40,194 bases of DNA from Nemertoderma westbladi. Its lineage: Eukaryota; Animalia; Xenacoelomorpha. The stretch covers positions 1 to 40,194 of the forward strand of contig JAUCBJ010003612.1 of NCBI GenBank assembly GCA_032718475.1, written 5' to 3'. The notes beneath the pieces were generated by a model. That model ran no database searches. It saw nothing but the letters and a program-made list of their open reading frames with translations, and was not told the DNA's origin. Made by a program: the position numbers and the translations under genes. This document shows positions 36,601-40,194 of this stretch, piece after piece; position 1 is the first letter of the stretch, and each line of letters starts with the position of its first letter.

Positions 36601-39198
36601 AAGGTAGGGGTGGGCGCTACTCCTATCTGCTACCCGAAGGTAGGGGCGGGCGCTACTCCTATCTGCTACCCGAGGGTAGGGCGGGGCGGGCGCTACTCCT
36701 ATCTGCTACCCGAGGGTAGGGGTGGGGCCACTTGTATCTGCTACCCGAAGGTAGAGATGGGCGCTACTCCTATCTGCTACCCGAGGATAGGGGCGGGCGC
36801 TACTCCTATCTGCTACCCGAGGATAGGGGCGGGCGCTACTCCTATCTGCTACCCGAGGGTAGGGGTGGGGCCACTCCTATCTGCTACCCGAAGGTAGGGG
36901 CGGGCGCTACTCCTATCTGCTACCCGAGGATAGGGGCGGGCGCTACTCCTATCTGCTACCCGAGGGTAGGGGTGGGGCCCAGTCCTATCTACTACCCGAG
37001 GGTAGGGGTGGGGCCACTCCTATCTGCTACCCGAGGGTAGGGGTGGGCGCTACTCCTATCTGCTACCCGAAGGTAGGGGTGGGCGCTACTCCTATCTGCT
37101 ACCCGAGGATAGGGGCGGGCGCTACTCCTATCTGCTACCCGAGGGTAAGGGCGGGCGCTACTCCTATCTGCTACCCGAGGGTAGGGGCGGGCGCTACTCC
37201 TACCTGCTACCCGAGGATAGGGGCGGGCGCTACTCCTATCTGCTACCCGAGGGTAAGGGCGGGCGCTACTCCTATCTGCTACCCGAGGGTAGGGGCGGGC
37301 GCTACTCCTACCTGCTACCCGAGGATAGGGGCGGGCGCTACTCCTATCTGCTACCCGAGGGTAAGGGCGGGCGCTACTCCTATCTGCTACCCGAGGGTAG
37401 GGGCGGGCGCTACTCCTACCTGCTACCCGAGGATAGGGGCGGGCGCTACTCCTATCTGCTACCCGAGGGTAGGGGTGGGGCCACTCCTATCTGCTACCCG
37501 AGGGTAGGGGCGGGCGCTACTCCTATCTGCTACCCAAGGGTAGGGGCGGGCGCTACTCCTATCTGCTACCCGAGGGTAGGGGCGGGCGCTACTCCTATCT
37601 GCTACCCGAGGGTAGGGGCGGGTGCTACTCCTATCTGCTACCCGAAGGTAGGGGCGGGCGCTACTCTTATCTGCTACCCGAGGATAGGGGCGGGCGCTAC
37701 TCCTATCTGCTACCCGAGGGTAGGGGTGGGGCCACTCCTATCTGCTACCCGAGGGTAGGGGCGGGCGCTACTCCTATCTGCTGCCCGAGGATAGGGGCGG
37801 GCGCTACTCCTATCTGCTACCCGAGGGTAGGGGTGGGGGCCAGTCTTATCTGCTACCCGAAGGTAGGGGCGGGCGCTACTCCTATCTGCTACCCGAGGGT
37901 AGGGGCGGGCGCTACTCCTATCTGCTACCCGAGGATAGGGGCGGGCGCTACTCCTATCTGCTACCCGATGGTAGGGGTGGGCGCTACTCCTATCTGCTAC
38001 CCGAGGATAGGGGCGGGCGCTACTCCTATCTGCTACCCGAGGGTAGGGGCGGGCGCTACTCCTATCTGCTACCCGAGGATAGGGGCGGGCGCTACTCCTA
38101 TCTGCTACCCAAGGGTAGGGGCGGGCGCTACTCCTATCTGCTACCCGAGGGTAGGGGCGGGCGCTACTCCTATCTGCTACTCGAGGATAGGGGCGAGCGC
38201 TACTCCTATCTGCTACCCGAGGGTAGGGGTGGGGCCACTCCTATCTGCTACCCGAAGGTAAGGGCGGGCGCTACTCCTATCTGCTACCCGAGGATAGGGG
38301 CGGCGCTACTCCTATCTGCTACCCAAGGGTAGGGGTGGGGCCCAGTCCTATCTACTACCCGAGGGTAGGGGTGGGCGCTACTCCTATCTGCTACCCGAAG
38401 GTAGGGGTGGGCGCTACTCCTATCTGCTACCCGAAGGTAGGGGTGGGCGCTACTCCTATCTGCTACCCGAAGGTAGAGGCGGGCGCTACTCCTATCTGCT
38501 ACCCGAGGATAGGGGCGGGCGCTACTCCTATCTGCTACCCGAGGGTAGCGGTGGTGGTCGCCACTCCTATCTGCTACCCGAGGGTAGGGGTGGGGCGCCA
38601 CTCCTATCTGCTACCCGAGGGTAGGGGTGGGCGCCACTCCTATCTGCTACCCGAAGGTAGGGGGCGGGCGCTACTCCTATCTGCTACCCGAAGGATAGGG
38701 GCGAGTCGCTACTCCTATCTGCTACCCGAGGGTAGGGGTGGGCGCCCACTCCTATCTGCTACCCGAGGGTAGGGGTGGGCGCCACTCCTATCTGCTACCC
38801 GAGGGTAGGGGTGGCCCGCTACTCCTATCTGCTACCCGAGGGTAGGGGTGGGCGCTACTCCTATCTGCTACCCGAAGGATAGGGGTGGGCGGTGGGCGCT
38901 ACTCCTATCTGCTACCCGAGGGTAGGGGTGGGCGCCCACTCCTATCTGCTACCCGAGGGTAGGGGTGGGCGCCACTCCTATCTGCTACCCGAGGGTAGGG
39001 GCGGCCGCTACTCCTATCTGCTACCCGAGGGTAGGGATGGGCGCTACTTCTATCCCAAGTTTTTTTTGCTCCCAGTAATTTAACTGGTACTCATTTTATC
39101 GACCCCGCTTGGATGACTGGCTGAGTGGACCCTGTCGGGGCTCAACCTACAACCACCCGATGGTATTCCCAGTGCTCAACGAACTGAGCTACCGCGTC
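33640..39198 (-). mobile_element. Single tRNA-derived SINE whose internal segment has expanded into the 5.3-kb array
   Basis: Minus-strand head at 39198 (ggtagctcagttcg A box, ggttgagcccc B-like box, actcagcc..catcc..ggggtcgataaaatgagtacc core) runs into the repeat, which exits into ctatcgaaagaggagccttagggtcgcctccggcttcggccgacc-(ttttgc)n, a stem-loop plus short-repeat tail. Confidence 0.72.
33705..39050. repeat. 36/35-bp GC-rich minisatellite (gggtaggggcgggcgctactcctatctgctacccga), roughly 150 units
   Basis: Direct reading. Three G-runs per unit on the + strand. Confidence 0.98.
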
Positions 39199-39302
39199 TT
39201 TAAATTATAAACTAGATTGTATGACTTGAGCTAAATAGTTATTAATCCAAGCCGTCAAGTTATTCCAGGTTGTAAATATTATTGCATTTATCCCCGCTAC
39301 AG

Positions 39303-39730
39303 GTTGACGAGCCGGACGAGAGATCGGTTATCACATACGTCTCCTCGCTTTACGAAGCTTTCCCGGACACCCCGGACGCCCACTACTCGGACGCGTCCGG
39401 ACAGCGTATCGGCGAGTATGTGGAACCGCAGCGGTCGTCTCCTCGAGTGGATGTCCGGGACCCAACTCGAGTTGGATCAACTAAGCCCGCCCCTCGGTGC
39501 TCACCCAACTCCGCCGGTTGCAGACCGAACATCGACGCTTCTGGGCCGAGGAGCAACCCGCACTGGGCGCAGGAGAAGCACTCCCTCTACCGGCTGCACA
39601 ACGAACTGAAAAGGAATTCGGGATTGCGGCTTCCGATGGGGCACAGTGTGGAGGACATTGAGCGGCAGTGGGAGCGGTTGCTAAGAACGAAACGAGATAC
39701 GGAAAACATGTTGAAGGGTTCAGTAGCGCG
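39303..39730 (+). CDS. CH2 end plus first plakin-domain spectrin repeat exon (VDEPDERSVITYVSSLYEAFP...LPMGHSVEDIERQWERL...)
   Basis: tacag acceptor, CG|gtaagt donor at 39731. The ends resemble plectin PDEKSIITYVSSLYDAMP and VPPGYHPLDVEKEWGKL. The middle appears frame-shifted three times (see findings). Confidence 0.9.
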
Positions 39731-40194
39731 GTAAGTTTTAATTATTATGACGTCATCTTTCGAATTGAACATTTGTAAGCTTTGGTGGTACAAAAACTTT
39801 GAGATTTTTAGCAGACTTTCTGGCACCATCAATTTAATAGTCTCCCTTTTGGAGGGCTAAATGTCTACACATAAATGTCCTCCTCCTTTTCAAACCAACT
39901 GACACAGGCTATATTATGTACTAGACCTTCAGCAATCAGCATGGGTCTACTAGACCACATGCTGCGTCTTTGTTGGGGACGCTTAATTTATCTACATTTC
40001 TAAAGTCTGCCGCTATAAGCGAAATGTGTGAAAGTGAAAACATTCTGCCATTTAGAGTAAATGTTTATAATCCTTTCGACCTGATGGGTACTGTTTAGAC
40101 TTCGCACTGAGTTTTTGTGAGGTCTTAAAGTGTCTGCAGTACCCCAGCCTGCCGCTAGAGCTTAAAAGGTGCTCTGTGGAAATCTGGCTATAGG

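Larger units (their letters stand above)
3328..39730 (+). other. Spliced spectraplakin/plakin-family gene (plectin/dystonin/MACF1/Shot-like), 5' portion; continues beyond the window
   Basis: Eight GT-AG exons with compatible phases translate to ...[27 protein letters not shown]...-ITDLYEDFRDGQNLISLLEVLSG-...-PRERGKLRFHRLQN...DGNPKITLGLVWIFILHFQ-...-WKDGLAFLAIVHRYRPDL...VTRLLDAED...PDERSVITYVSSLYEAFP, the tandem CH domain signature of this family. Exact orthology (PLEC/DST/MACF1) cannot be decided by eye. Confidence 0.95.

Noticed and set aside
12173-39050. 36-bp repeats as CRISPR arrays
   Set aside because: Units are head-to-tail with no unique spacers, there are no cas genes, and the context is a spliced animal gene.
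33722-39083. GAGATPICYPRV-type repeat ORFs
   Set aside because: Mixed 35/36-bp units shift frame frequently, and the sequence derives from a SINE interior.
1-40194. Species assignment
   Set aside because: The repeat content and gene structure suggest an invertebrate animal, but nothing here fixes the taxon without a database search.

Overview
This is AT-rich animal (invertebrate-like) genomic DNA, not prokaryotic. The window is spanned by the 5' part of one + strand spliced gene of the spectraplakin/plakin family (plectin/dystonin/MACF1/Shot-like). Exons read by eye are 3328-3544, 12129-12190, a 42-nt micro-exon at 24372-24413, 24909-24998, 30830-31000, 32199-32362, 33104-33236 and 39303-39730. 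They encode the N-terminal leader, CH1+CH2 actin-binding domain and the first plakin/spectrin repeat, and all splice phases join. The introns hold a decayed RTE-like LINE split by a 3.4-kb composite insertion with nested MITEs, several tRNA-derived SINEs, and five minisatellite arrays covering roughly half of the window. The most striking feature is a 36-bp array made of the exon-2/intron junction itself: 65 in-phase 5' splice sites in a stop-free frame, which could lengthen CH1 in 12-aa steps at the point where the plectin-2alpha-like micro-exon inserts. Other notable points are a 5.3-kb array grown inside one SINE, three unrelated arrays sharing a 36-bp period, and three mutually compensating +1 frameshifts in the last exon. 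The long ORFs in the supplied track are repeat artefacts.
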